Source of the DNA: a virus
Lineage: Duplodnaviria; Caudoviricetes
Length of the DNA: 63,486 nucleotides
Strand: one strand, 5' to 3'
IMG/VR virus record: IMGVR_UViG_3300032283_000137
Coordinates: 1 to 63,486 of that record
The notes below the pieces were generated by a model. The model was not told the origin of the DNA and made no database searches. It saw only the letters and a list, made by a program, of their open reading frames with translations. The stretch's first letter is position 1; each line of letters opens with the position of its first letter. Below are positions 21,501 to 30,328 of this stretch, piece after piece. The position numbers and the translations under genes are program-made.

Positions 21501-22745
21501 TGGTCGGAGCAGCTTGGCGGGTTGTATATGTTTATTAAGCCATCTTCTACTGGCGCAGTGCGCGCTATTGAAACTGTGGCCCCTGCATTCACTTTTGAAA
21601 AGTGGGCTAAAAATAATATGCCCGCCAACATAGCTGCTGACCCAGCAGCAGCAGAAAAGTACATGACTGCGTTTAAAAAACTTCGTACCAACTCTCAGTT
21701 AATGACCGGCACACTTATCGGTGCGGGTTACGTTTTGTGGTGGATGTCTTCATTGATGGCCCCCGACGATGAATGGGAACGAAACTCTACCCAGAACGAC
21801 AACATGCAGCAGTGGACTAAGTACGCCCGGTTCCACATTCCCAATAGCGTATCTGAAGCTATGGGCATGGGCAAAGACGTTGTGTTCCAACTGCCTTGGG
21901 GCTTTGGGCTTGGTGCGTTTATGTCCATGGGGGCACAGATAGCAGGTATGGCGCATGGGAACACCTCTCTCAAGGACGGCATAGGCAATATCGTGCTTGG
22001 CGGGTTGGCTGACTCGTTCTTGCCGTTGCCTGTGTCTCGCATCCCCATCACAGAGAAGCCCGGCCTTTGGTTAGCTGATTCTTTGCTGCCTTCCGTCATG
22101 CGCCCTTACTTTGAGTATTTCTGGAATGTGAACGGTATTGGGCAGACTATCAACAGCGCATCGCAGCGAAAATTTGGTGACGCCTTCACTGGGGGGGATA
22201 GGATTCCCGAAGCGTGGAAAGACTTGACAGCGTATATATACAACGAAACCGGCGGTGCTTGGAATATCAGCCCCAACACAGCGTACTTCTTCGCTAACAG
22301 CTACGCAGATGGTTTTACGCGCTTAGGTGAACTTGCGTATAGCTGGGTAGACATCGGTGCAGGCGAGAAAGCCTTCAATCCCAAAACTGATACGCCGTTG
22401 CTTGGCTCGTTCTTCGGCGCTAAGTCCAACGTAGATGCGCGCGACTTCACGGCGGTTGAGGACAAGCTGAAAAATTTTGATGAGCGGATTAAAACATTGA
22501 AGGTAACTTCGCCTAAAGCGTATGCCGAATTCATTACTAATAATCCTACGGCAGAGATGGCTGTAGGAATTTACTACGCCCAGCTAGGTAGCTTGAGTCA
22601 GGTTAGAGAAGAGGCCAATAAAATCCGCGTCATGCCAATATCGCAAAAAGACCGGCAAGAACTGCTTCGTGCAAATATCTTTCGACAGAACATCATTAAG
22701 CGGCAGATGATAGAGACGTTCAAAGCTCTTGGCATCGAGCCCTAA
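15600..22745 (+). CDS. Large polyvalent ejection protein (zincin-like HExxH; LPD38-like C-terminus)
   Basis: 2381 aa, last late gene; ILLHEAIHA...IFEFVSYA; C-terminal FHIP...QLPWGFG; N-terminal WETIVPA repeats. Confidence 0.7.
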   Translation: MAKESEWETIVPAPRPATRPAPAKDAQGWETIVPAPAPVTTSAKDAQGWETIVPAKAPAKPPVAPVAKDDTEAYPFLRGVADVPLKVGAGAVYGVRTVADFYGADSAVSKNLRGVEDYLAALYSAQSKKDSQEMARIMKDAEDKGVLANLVAAGKAFSVAPVDLLANALGTAAPGIIAGVATFLTGGTPLVAGAVTLGTGAVMGAGTVKGAVYDATKEVLSEKTKLSPEQIEKIAVDAQSYRGENLDQILIGSLAGAFGARTGAELAIARQLSKGIATTVAQKEAVKLATKEATEQAAKRGIVKQAAITGGTDFLGEGFQGGQEQLAKNLALQRQGFDVPTMRGVVGQGALEGLAGLGMGTISGGREAYTAKNEIALQNAAKLTSQEQEELRDRFTTAGMDTKAADRAPTKQELDSLNAATAAPPGSVIPPTPESPLAQALKVYVANIPEGKEAEMVGKDEVKGLIAKMKELGLPAPKPDKTKGESTRVLAVQALRQYFAAGGEQLTDIPDIQGTADGTQAAQTQQTTPQGQQTTPAPDVTTATVTPPPAPPVDVTPPTPAAPIAIPMSKGVDAVYKGALARFTANPQDAKALATVNSLERTHNMPLTGVTPQGGVLSAKSKKVAPVVEEESSVAYKYDSTLSPELNQEIANLIATENERVDQEKLTADLAETDAKKAGKFETSKEDRDAFEKVRAEHNADAAERNQKRADALAAVKAANDKADAAIKEADQYKKENKPKQNDPKLVALTEAADKAIAEEEAADAYLMTLDPEDVLYIPAWSDMGALKDIYFGDIKYGAMPEHRKAAQAVVQALTDRSYKGLSEDEKRVVNAYNDTRTRVSKMFSTTFPKWRDLSDGAKGVFKEGLTNFSGLQLDRSFGNLAKHLKTEAATKTEQSKIQIGQENKDRLERVQRESDEQKKRIPAGYETEVDPLTGKTIPPRFGSNLEKSRLTVQRDNDKLRMLIGNSNLFGALEHISGMKSVSKFNRVIAKAVASMVKGMKSPPRLMLVSKLSNDDHGQYDPSFTTPGQENIGKISIRTVSPTILLHEAIHAVTVQVINKYLDGDTSLTPAQTAGAKQLLKIMAVTRDYIDAEGVRFGDKHPEAYDNIFEFVSYALTKEDFQNDLANINLPAESRLHYAMFAKGDVNKGETTNISNISSQPRSAWTEFKLSVAKLITAGVKRVKEVVSKEDQKEAQERLEKEFQKQGKYVPVDREAIAEEDVYELQTIPLADLLSEAITTGSFTNQNFLMEIAAAFEDIMAPQTGAIVLDSEESLSATSTPQQAQAPRGGGINDPDLRKTMKEQGLPESGQATGVFKPLLTQDGWRNMAKLVQDRTYEARSYFRRQDMGDKIVRDMTKSFNNVTEHLDLSMGEMRNFLDHYLKTPLDDYKTAVSEYVKIAGKGLDEALVDLQLFGEMLHEPERRLMKFIVSEPLNNALNLIHNGKPISAAQRRLDIIGDMRTGKPGIVHQFKLTEAQRAALRAELIFLADNYGDPFGDSPRLSKAQMDAALKRHLAAVAANPSLALSTKKDPRLDINNSLYNALGITDSEVKLRQAQFNDNDIVSPERRAAAMKVFETMQKINKATAKLNKIGNYWSTPVDNLVGIYNYQYYMPFKGKAKHSEIDHSLDPNRMGRGKDMQEIEHETAGRFSVSDNPVLQVLSDAFRSARRAGVRNYTQSIKNALSADPKLNPGGTGILRGSVYKNIKFEDRGVANLQEFKGGQYIFHYNEDGSIDILKVTDPKLLQALRYSFKDSNIMWQLANNVTAFFGSMHTRYNLNFAPKNFLVDALTNAWNIGGGKLGPLKSAAYIKDIAYQVSKNGFGKALEVAIYHEKGDPASQKRLADMADKDPFVKAMLEMIQIGGKTIFVESFSLKANLEKLKSLKRNRILRTKDSIEAMLDSWNGMFELTSRTAAYMLYKESVYAKNKLTMSDVKGPNNTMSPAEQAASVEAAAETKNLANFEKAGEWSEQLGGLYMFIKPSSTGAVRAIETVAPAFTFEKWAKNNMPANIAADPAAAEKYMTAFKKLRTNSQLMTGTLIGAGYVLWWMSSLMAPDDEWERNSTQNDNMQQWTKYARFHIPNSVSEAMGMGKDVVFQLPWGFGLGAFMSMGAQIAGMAHGNTSLKDGIGNIVLGGLADSFLPLPVSRIPITEKPGLWLADSLLPSVMRPYFEYFWNVNGIGQTINSASQRKFGDAFTGGDRIPEAWKDLTAYIYNETGGAWNISPNTAYFFANSYADGFTRLGELAYSWVDIGAGEKAFNPKTDTPLLGSFFGAKSNVDARDFTAVEDKLKNFDERIKTLKVTSPKAYAEFITNNPTAEMAVGIYYAQLGSLSQVREEANKIRVMPISQKDRQELLRANIFRQNIIKRQMIETFKALGIEP

Positions 22746-22939
22746 CGAACGCGCCAAGCGCGGACCCCCAAGTGCCCATCCTTATGGGTCACAAAGGACT
22801 TGACCAGTATCCCAGCGCGCTTGGCCCCGCAGTCTATGGCGTAGATCATCTCTGCAAAGCGGAGGGTGGGAATAAAGAAGCTATCCCCAATCTCCATGCC
22901 GCTAAACGGGAACAGCCACTCAGGTTCCAGAATCATCAA
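22742..22939 (-). CDS. Small putative DNA-binding protein
   Basis: FPFSGMEIGDSFFIP...GVRAWRV motif common in phages. Confidence 0.65.
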   Translation of the reverse strand: MMILEPEWLFPFSGMEIGDSFFIPTLRFAEMIYAIDCGAKRAGILVKSFVTHKDGHLGVRAWRVR

Positions 22940-25778
22940 AGATGTCTAGTTCGGTTTTGAACCAGTACAGGTACGCTGGGTCTACTTGGATAGCTGACTT
23001 CCAGCCAGTGGTTAACCGGCCCTTCTTGTCGTCTACCAAGATTTTGTTGTTCCGCATCTCAAACTCAAACTCGCGTGTACTGATATTCTTCTCGGCAAGG
23101 AACTTCTTGAACTCGGACTTAGATATTTGCAACAGGTGCTCGTCGCTGCAAATCCTAGCCACAATCTGCCCACGGGGCTCCATCGTCACCTTGCTGTCCT
23201 TGATGACCAGTATGTTGCCCATGTTCTTGTTCACAAAATCGCCCAGCAGCGATGGGTAGTCGGTGCGGTTGACCTTGACCACTTTGTCCTTAATCTCAAT
23301 CATGGCACGTACGGCCCCGTTGTAGATATTGTGAAGAGCGAAGTCTGTGACCCCACCTAGGTTGGCAATCTCAGCCCCCGCTAGGTTCGCCGACACCAAG
23401 TTCTCGTAGAACCGATACTCAACATGGTCACCAAAGTCGTTCTTGAACCGAGACTCCCACTTTGCTATGGTGTCGAGTACAAAGTTATCTCCACGGCGCA
23501 GTACCTCTTGGATGAACATTGGGCCTGCATGCCCGTAGTTGAAGTTAAAAGCATCGAAGATGTATTTACCCAATCGAGGGTCAGAATCCAATAGCGGTGG
23601 CCTATGAATATGGAACTCAATCAGCCGCGCCGCCTCTCCATCAGGGTTAGCCTTGATGCCCTCCAACTTGCCGTAGATGGTGTGGTTGGTGGTGAGTGTG
23701 GCAATCATGGACGCAGACATCTCATATTCCCGCTCGGCGTTGACGGACGCTTGCATCTTGACCTTGGCCTTACCGTGCGACACATTGTGGATTAGCCCGC
23801 CCAACTCCTCAGGCTTCTTATCGCCAATCTCATCAAGCCCGAACATCAGGTTGTGCAGCGCTAGGTATCGGCCTGTTAAACCATTGTCGGTGGCCTTCAC
23901 GATGCTCAAGTTCTTGGGGTTACCAAAGACGCTCAAACCCGCATACATAGCGCCGGTCTTGGCGTTGCCCGACTTCCCAAAAAGACTCACAGTCACGCCT
24001 GAAGTTGACGTGTAGCACATCAATGGAGACCCGAACCCGCTCATGGCTGCAAAGGCATGCAATTCAAACCCCGGCTTGTTCAAGTAGTCGATCGACTCAC
24101 GCCAACGGGCAAACGTGCCGTGCGTTGTTATGTGCTTTGATAGGCCACGGACAAACGGTGATGATGGTGCGTTTACTACCTCACCAGTGCGCGTGATTTC
24201 TTTTCTGCCAATAACGAAGCTGCGCTTCTCCCACTCAGGGGCATCTGTCCGTTCAGCAGTCCAGCCCATCTGCATACGCATCTGGTCGGCTCTAGCCACT
24301 GTCTGCATGTATTGGCCCCACTTCACTATGTAGTTCATAAGGTGCTCCGTGTTATTACTTGAGGGAAATACCCCGTTAGCTGCCATAAGGGCTTTGAATG
24401 TTTCTTTTGCATACACTTGCTTCATTGGTACGAGGAAGTCCCGTACATCGTCTTTAGGAAGAACCAACCGCAACAGCAAACATTCACCATCGTGTGGGCT
24501 GAACATCCGCTGAATAGGGTACAGGTCATGAGGGAGGATGAGGATAGGGTCGTCTTGGTGCTTAGTTCCTTTCTTGTCTATCTTGGGCGCAGGGACGAAG
24601 TAGATACCGCCGTTGACGCCCTGCACAAAGGGCATCAGGAAGTCTGGAAACTCTGAAACCTCTTTGGTATTCGGTTCTTCCCGAACTGATTCCTCTTTAT
24701 TAGCTTTTGTTGCTGGCTTGAACTCGCGCCCGAGGACGATAGGGCTAACAATCTTTCCCCGGTGTTGACAGCCATTGCATCGTTCGGGGTAGTTCTCAAT
24801 GAACCATGAGCAGGTGCGCGGAGCAGGAAAGCGACTTGCCTTGTCTTCTGTTTTATCATAGTTGTAGTCAGGGTGTTCGTTAGATATGTCGTGGATTGCT
24901 GTGGCTGCGTCATCGCAAAACTTGGCTATGGATAGCCCCGCAAACCACATCGGTTCTTCAAGCGTTGCAGCGTTCTCCAGCATGTACTTGACTTGGGCGC
25001 AGCCACCTTCGTCATCAATGCTCTTCTGCGCCAGCACCGCAAACGTCTTGCCAAAGTTGTCCAGCTTGAGCATGGCCTTGGTGTCATCGTCCAGCCCCTT
25101 GGGAATCTCGGCAAGGATGTCCGCTATGGATAACGGTTCGAGTGACGTTTCATGTAACGCTTCTTCGCCCTGCTGTGCTGTTGGGCCACCTAGAAACTCG
25201 CGGAACTCCTGCCAGCCATAGACATGAACCGCATCGCTGATAACGGATGTGGGGCGCGGCGGGTCTGTCTTGAAGTTAAGCGTGTCAGGCGAACGCATGA
25301 TGCGTGAAGCATCGGCAGTCACCACGGGGTCGATAGTGATGTGAGACATGCATAGCGCTTTGAACTTCTCAGCGTATGTCTTCCACTCTTCAGCGGGTAT
25401 GTCTTCATCCATCAGCCAGTAAGCGTGTATGCCACCGCCTGAGTCAATCACCACTGGGTCGGGTAGACCAGCAGCGCCTTGTAGCTTAAACAGCGCAGTA
25501 TGTGCGTCAGCCTTGTCTTTATAGTCCTTCTTCTCACCAACGTCTAGGTCAATGAAGAATGACCGTACGTACATACAATCAGCCGCTTTACGGCTGTAGC
25601 CCTCAAAGGAGCCTAGTGCTACGAATACGTTCTGTGTCTTTTTTAGTCTCTCAATCGTGCTCAATACATCATCGAGTGTTTCTGCAAATCTGTTGCTGAC
25701 CTTGCCGGTTTTGTCTATGCCACTGATACAGTAAACACCCTGCGTGGGTAATGCTTTCTCGTAGAATTGTTTTAACAT
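22920..25778 (-). CDS. Primase-helicase (AEP/RepB'-like primase, Cys cluster, DUF927-type helicase)
   Basis: FIDLD, SGGGIHAYW, RIMRSP, C..CNGCQH, Walker A GKSGNAKT, Walker B GLDE. Confidence 0.8.
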   Translation of the reverse strand: MLKQFYEKALPTQGVYCISGIDKTGKVSNRFAETLDDVLSTIERLKKTQNVFVALGSFEGYSRKAADCMYVRSFFIDLDVGEKKDYKDKADAHTALFKLQGAAGLPDPVVIDSGGGIHAYWLMDEDIPAEEWKTYAEKFKALCMSHITIDPVVTADASRIMRSPDTLNFKTDPPRPTSVISDAVHVYGWQEFREFLGGPTAQQGEEALHETSLEPLSIADILAEIPKGLDDDTKAMLKLDNFGKTFAVLAQKSIDDEGGCAQVKYMLENAATLEEPMWFAGLSIAKFCDDAATAIHDISNEHPDYNYDKTEDKASRFPAPRTCSWFIENYPERCNGCQHRGKIVSPIVLGREFKPATKANKEESVREEPNTKEVSEFPDFLMPFVQGVNGGIYFVPAPKIDKKGTKHQDDPILILPHDLYPIQRMFSPHDGECLLLRLVLPKDDVRDFLVPMKQVYAKETFKALMAANGVFPSSNNTEHLMNYIVKWGQYMQTVARADQMRMQMGWTAERTDAPEWEKRSFVIGRKEITRTGEVVNAPSSPFVRGLSKHITTHGTFARWRESIDYLNKPGFELHAFAAMSGFGSPLMCYTSTSGVTVSLFGKSGNAKTGAMYAGLSVFGNPKNLSIVKATDNGLTGRYLALHNLMFGLDEIGDKKPEELGGLIHNVSHGKAKVKMQASVNAEREYEMSASMIATLTTNHTIYGKLEGIKANPDGEAARLIEFHIHRPPLLDSDPRLGKYIFDAFNFNYGHAGPMFIQEVLRRGDNFVLDTIAKWESRFKNDFGDHVEYRFYENLVSANLAGAEIANLGGVTDFALHNIYNGAVRAMIEIKDKVVKVNRTDYPSLLGDFVNKNMGNILVIKDSKVTMEPRGQIVARICSDEHLLQISKSEFKKFLAEKNISTREFEFEMRNNKILVDDKKGRLTTGWKSAIQVDPAYLYWFKTELDIFDDSGT

Positions 25779-25894
25779 GTCTCGCAGAGTTAAGAAGAGC
25801 GGAACTATGCCCGCTCTGTTAATAAGGTGGGGGCCGACCCTTTTTAGCGGCTCCGTAGATCACAGCAACATGCCGAGACCGGCCCCCCAAAAAA

Positions 25895-26218
25895 CTATCT
25901 CACATTAGGGTATGTCCTTCCTACCATTGCTTCAAGATATTCCAATGCTGCTTTGTTGGTCTTAGCTGGTAGCAAGCCCTTAGCAGTGTCGCTCTCAACG
26001 AGGTCTGTAAAGGTCTCAACCTTGAGTAGATTGCGATGTCGGATAGGTTTGCCACGGAACCAGCTAAACGCAGTCATCCTAGTCACATCAAGAGCCCACG
26101 CCACGTACTTAGCAGGTAGGTTAGCTTTGACGCAAGCAAGCGCCAGCGCAGTGCCAGCCCTGTGGGGGTTGGCCTTGTGTAACTCAATTAAAAACGCTTC
26201 GCTGTATGACCGTGACAT
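25895..26218 (-). CDS. Putative HTH transcriptional regulator
   Basis: AKYVAWALDVTRMTAFSWFRG fits an XRE/Cro-like HTH. Confidence 0.6.
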   Translation of the reverse strand: MSRSYSEAFLIELHKANPHRAGTALALACVKANLPAKYVAWALDVTRMTAFSWFRGKPIRHRNLLKVETFTDLVESDTAKGLLPAKTNKAALEYLEAMVGRTYPNVR

Positions 26219-26227
26219 TCCTATTCC

Positions 26228-27082
26228 TTACTTCTTAGACCATTTTTTAACTACGTCCGAGATGTCCTTTTCGGCAACGGCGGGCTTCGTGGACTCGCGT
26301 TTGACGGGCTCTTCAACTTCGGGGGTGGGCGCAATGTCGTTACGATGGCTCGGCACTTCGTCGGTTACATCTGCTTGGAAGACATTCATCTTGACAGCAG
26401 CTTCAGCAGCAGGGCTCTTTGCTTGTTGGGCAATGATCTGCAAATCTGCATCAGGTACTTTACCAGCAGGACTGAACAAGACCTTCGGCGCAGTGGCCTT
26501 GGTATCGAACGCCATGCGGGTGATGACCCGTCCCGCGCTGACGTTGTGCGACGCCAAGTGCTGGATGTAAGACCGGAAGGGGAACCGTCCGTTGTCCTCT
26601 TTGCCAAAGGCCGAGGTAGCAGGCAACACCAACTGCATCACATCACCGGCAGGGTCATTTGGTAGTACCACCGCAGTGCGCCAAGACAGGCGGCAGGCAG
26701 TACCCGTACCGTTCTGACCGGAGCCTTTAACCGACTTAGGGCAGTCAAGGCAAGCGGAAGCTATTGGGGCTTTCACATCTGCATCGGGCTTCTCAGAGTC
26801 GGTAGACCAGCAAGCAGGGCTCACCTTCTGACCTTCTTGGAAAACGCCCTCGTAGAACATACGCGAGGCCTTGTGTGCCATCTTCACAAAGATGACGTTC
26901 ATGTGGCGGTCTTCGATAGCGCCAATCTCTTTCCCGCCAGCGTACTTACGGAACACACCACCTTTGATGGAGATGCGTTTGCTCTGACGCATACCGCCCG
27001 CTACTGCAAGGGTATCTTCGTCGAGGCCTTCAATGGGGGCCATCACTTCGCCGCTGAACATGGTTGCGAGGTCATTACTCAT
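26228..27082 (-). CDS. Putative ssDNA-binding / replication accessory protein
   Basis: RISIKGGVFR; PACWS...CLDCP...AC Zn motif; position in the replication module. Confidence 0.5.
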   Translation of the reverse strand: MSNDLATMFSGEVMAPIEGLDEDTLAVAGGMRQSKRISIKGGVFRKYAGGKEIGAIEDRHMNVIFVKMAHKASRMFYEGVFQEGQKVSPACWSTDSEKPDADVKAPIASACLDCPKSVKGSGQNGTGTACRLSWRTAVVLPNDPAGDVMQLVLPATSAFGKEDNGRFPFRSYIQHLASHNVSAGRVITRMAFDTKATAPKVLFSPAGKVPDADLQIIAQQAKSPAAEAAVKMNVFQADVTDEVPSHRNDIAPTPEVEEPVKRESTKPAVAEKDISDVVKKWSKK

Positions 27083-27108
27083 TTCAATTTTCCTTGTTAC
27101 TAAATTTA

Positions 27109-27531
27109 CTAGTTGGAGGGTTTGCGCACGACAATCGTGAACTCCCTCATTACATTCACTCCGGGAGGTAGCCCATCGGCTTGGTTCTCCTTGAGGAATT
27201 CTTTGAAGTTGCCCTGATGAATACGTGCTTCAAACAGGTCAACTGCGCCATTCGACAGAATGAATTTACGGAAACTGTCCCCATCATTTACGGTGTAACG
27301 CTCGTTCAACTTCCGAATAACTGTGCCGTAACTCGTCCGTATGCTGTTTGCGTTGCTCTCGTTGCATGTGGACATGAAGGTCTGCTCAAGGAGGTTTAAC
27401 TCGTCTTCAAGCTCCCTCATTTGGCTCTTCATTTCCGCTTCCACTCTGTCTCGCTGATTACGTATTGTCAAGTATACCTTGACCAATTCATCCAACTTTG
27501 TAGTTGCGATTTCATCTTTTTCTTCGCTCAT
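27109..27531 (-). CDS. Conserved phage replication-module protein (coiled coil)
   Basis: LVKVYLTIR...SIRTSYGTV...LPPGVNV. Confidence 0.6.
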   Translation of the reverse strand: MSEEKDEIATTKLDELVKVYLTIRNQRDRVEAEMKSQMRELEDELNLLEQTFMSTCNESNANSIRTSYGTVIRKLNERYTVNDGDSFRKFILSNGAVDLFEARIHQGNFKEFLKENQADGLPPGVNVMREFTIVVRKPSN

Positions 27532-29084
27532 AGCCCTAACTCCTGTCTGTATAGATCGACCAACTTCTCATGGGAATCCACCTTGCCTTGCAGCATCTGA
27601 TAGACCTTGCGCTCTGCTTCCGAACCTTGTAGGTGAACCACAGTCATGCTGTTAACTTGTCCTACTCGGTCGATTCGCGCAACGCACTGCAAGTAGGTCT
27701 CGACGCTCATAACGGGAGACCAAAACACTATCGTGTCTGCGGCAGTAAGGGTGACGCCATGTGAGGCGGCTTGGGGTTGGATAACTAAAACCCGAGGGTC
27801 TACCGCTTGCTGGAACCTGTTAATGATGTCAGCGCGGGCTCTTGCGGGTACATCTCCGTTGATTATTTCATTGGTAACTCCTTCCTTGGTTAAATGTCGT
27901 GAGACGAGATCGATGGTGTGCCGAAACGGAACAAAGACGATTACCTTATGCTCCGTCTCTTCCAGCACTTCCATCAAAGCATTGAGGCGTGGGGCTATGT
28001 CGAACTCCACCACCTCATGGGTATCCGTGTAGATTGCTCCACCCGAAATCTGTAGCAGCTTGCTCAACTGAGCCGCCGCATTAACTGCACTAATCTGTTC
28101 GCCTGCCGCTTCAATCAGCATCTGACTCTTTAGCTGTTGGTAGTACTTCGCTACCATTGGGGTCAGGGGTACTTCGCGTGTCTGATACACCAGCGGGGGC
28201 AAGTCCAAGCACTGCGCCTTCTCAAACCGGATGGCGGGCTGTAGGCAGTCGAACACATACTGCTTAGCGTTGGCCTTAGGCACCCACTTGAAACGTGTAA
28301 TCTGTTGCATGACTCTATCGCGCCACGCAGTGAAGTACTTGGGAACCGCGTTAGGGTTGACTAGCTTGGCGAGGCCGAACGCATCCAGCGGGGACTGTGA
28401 GGCAGGTGTGCCCGTCATCATCCACAGCCGTGTTGCAGGGGTGATTAGCTTCGCCAAGATTCGCCAGCGCATAGTGGTCACAGTCTTGTAGGCGTTGGCT
28501 TCGTCAACCACAATCAGATCGAACTTTGCCTTGGCTATCTCGTCTGCTACTGTGCCCACGCCATCGTAGTTGATGATGACAAACTCGTAGCTGCCTCTGA
28601 TTATCTTGGCCCGTTTTGCTGCATCGCCATAGGCCACGCCCACAGTGCGGTGCATCGCTGTTTTGAATATATCTGCTTGCCATGCGGAGTACATGATGGA
28701 CAGTGGGCAGATGATGAGAACGCGCTTCACTTGGCCTAGCTGTATGAGGTAATCAACAGCCCAAATTACTGAGGATGTTTTGCCCGTGCCAGCTTCATTG
28801 AAACAGAAGCACCTGTCGCGCAGCGCTAAGAATGATGCAGTAGTTTCTTGGTGCTTGAACGGCGTATACAAGCCAGGCCATGTGTACTCTTTGCTCATCG
28901 GGTTGGGTGCGTCCCCATAGACTTTTACCAAGCGCTGCATCTCAGTCAGCCCCCAGTAGACTAGGACTTCTGCATCTGTCCCGTTGTCCTTCAACACCTC
29001 GCATTTGTCTATGTACCCCACAAGGTACTTCAAATCGGAGGAAGGCACTTTGAGATGCACCGCCGTGTCTTCAACTACAACCAT
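27528..29084 (-). CDS. SNF2-family helicase
   Basis: EAGTGKT, VVDEA, MTGTP, HGVTL, QCVARIDRVGQ. Confidence 0.92.
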   Translation of the reverse strand: MVVVEDTAVHLKVPSSDLKYLVGYIDKCEVLKDNGTDAEVLVYWGLTEMQRLVKVYGDAPNPMSKEYTWPGLYTPFKHQETTASFLALRDRCFCFNEAGTGKTSSVIWAVDYLIQLGQVKRVLIICPLSIMYSAWQADIFKTAMHRTVGVAYGDAAKRAKIIRGSYEFVIINYDGVGTVADEIAKAKFDLIVVDEANAYKTVTTMRWRILAKLITPATRLWMMTGTPASQSPLDAFGLAKLVNPNAVPKYFTAWRDRVMQQITRFKWVPKANAKQYVFDCLQPAIRFEKAQCLDLPPLVYQTREVPLTPMVAKYYQQLKSQMLIEAAGEQISAVNAAAQLSKLLQISGGAIYTDTHEVVEFDIAPRLNALMEVLEETEHKVIVFVPFRHTIDLVSRHLTKEGVTNEIINGDVPARARADIINRFQQAVDPRVLVIQPQAASHGVTLTAADTIVFWSPVMSVETYLQCVARIDRVGQVNSMTVVHLQGSEAERKVYQMLQGKVDSHEKLVDLYRQELGL

Positions 29085-29236
29085 ACTGTTCCTTACTAGA
29101 TTAAATATGGCCCCTTACGGGGGCTAGTCGGTCAGATCAGTGCCGAAAGGAGCAAACACCTCTGACTGGTACGGTTATGGGGGAAAGCCGAAATCCCAAA
29201 AACCCCCGAGCGCCCACTCGTACCTTACGGCGTTTC

Positions 29237-29491
29237 TTACTTCATTGACCCATCAGACTTGCGGGCAAACGAACGATTCTTACTTGGACTCTCAAGCCGT
29301 ACACCATCCTTGTTAGAGCCACCTTTAGACAATGCTTTGACATGGGCTACATCTTTGCCAGTGCGGTCAACGCCCTTGGCATCAAGCTTCCTTCGCGCAC
29401 GTTGGCGCTCCATGCGGTTGGGCAGTTCGCCACGCTCTTGCTGCTGCTCGTACTCTTTCTTGTACGGCCTCGTTTTGTTAACGTACGGCAT
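29237..29491 (-). CDS. Small HNH-like protein
   Basis: GKDVAHVKALSKGGSN...SKNRS; start MPYVNK after aggag. Confidence 0.6.
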   Translation of the reverse strand: MPYVNKTRPYKKEYEQQQERGELPNRMERQRARRKLDAKGVDRTGKDVAHVKALSKGGSNKDGVRLESPSKNRSFARKSDGSMK

Positions 29492-29666
29492 CGATTTTCT
29501 CCTGCATATGAAGAGTTGCTGCGCTTGCTGCGCGGGTCTCAATGATGGCTAATTTAAGCTGGTCTAGTGCTAATTCATAGTCCCTGTCCAGCAGGTAGTC
29601 ATGCGCCTTCTTCAGCGCCCGCTCAGCCATCATCAAGGGGTGTGCGTAGTCAATCAAAGTATTCAT
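29478..29666 (-). CDS. Hypothetical protein
   Basis: Coupled ORF in the - strand operon. Confidence 0.6.
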   Translation of the reverse strand: MNTLIDYAHPLMMAERALKKAHDYLLDRDYELALDQLKLAIIETRAASAATLHMQEKIDAVR

Positions 29667-30328
29667 CGTTTTTCCTTGTAGTAGTCACAGGTTCTGACAG
29701 GACACCATCCACAGAGAGGCGTCGGGTTGGGGTTCCATACGTCCGATGCGTATGAAGTATCCAGTTTAGCCAGTTGCTGGTAAAAGTGGGTCCAGAGCGT
29801 ATCAATATCTTCTCGCTTGTAAGACTCATCCATGAAGCTATCGTAAGCAATGAAGAGCAACCCCGCCTTGATGGTCTGCACCTGAGGGAAGTGGGCAAAG
29901 GTCATCAACGCCATCAGCTTCAACTGCAAAGGCTCAGCGTACTTGTTGCTGCCGGTCTTATAGTCGATGATGTGTGCTGTGTCTCCATTGAGAATCAGCA
30001 AGTCCACGATGCCCCGCACCCAGTAGCCCTTGCCGTACTCACAGGCATTGCCATCTCTATCCAGTGCCATCCGGTACTCAGGATACTTCTCGCCCTCAGT
30101 CTCTATCAGCACATCCAAGACAGGCTTGAAGCTGGCGTAGTTCTTAGCCAGTGGCGTACCATCCTTCACATAGTTCTCCGCTGCCTTGTGCGCCTCGTTG
30201 CCATACGTCATCGCTGCCGTTGGAGCCTTGAAGAAGCGCTTGAGCACCCTGATTTCCTGATACTGCTTGGGGCAGTTCATGTAGTCTTTCAAGGAAGAGA
30301 AAGACCATGTGTAGGTAGGGGTAGTCAT
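29663..30328 (-). CDS. PD-(D/E)XK Cas4/RecB-like exonuclease
   Basis: WSFSSL...CPKQY, GIVDLL, IIDYKTG, QLKLMA, CGWCPVRTC. Confidence 0.88.
   Translation of the reverse strand: MTTPTYTWSFSSLKDYMNCPKQYQEIRVLKRFFKAPTAAMTYGNEAHKAAENYVKDGTPLAKNYASFKPVLDVLIETEGEKYPEYRMALDRDGNACEYGKGYWVRGIVDLLILNGDTAHIIDYKTGSNKYAEPLQLKLMALMTFAHFPQVQTIKAGLLFIAYDSFMDESYKREDIDTLWTHFYQQLAKLDTSYASDVWNPNPTPLCGWCPVRTCDYYKEKR

Noticed and set aside
29126-29200. c-di-GMP-I riboswitch
   Set aside because: It has GAAA and GCAAA elements but lacks the expected P1/P2 arrangement and tetraloop receptor, and it lies antisense to the genes.
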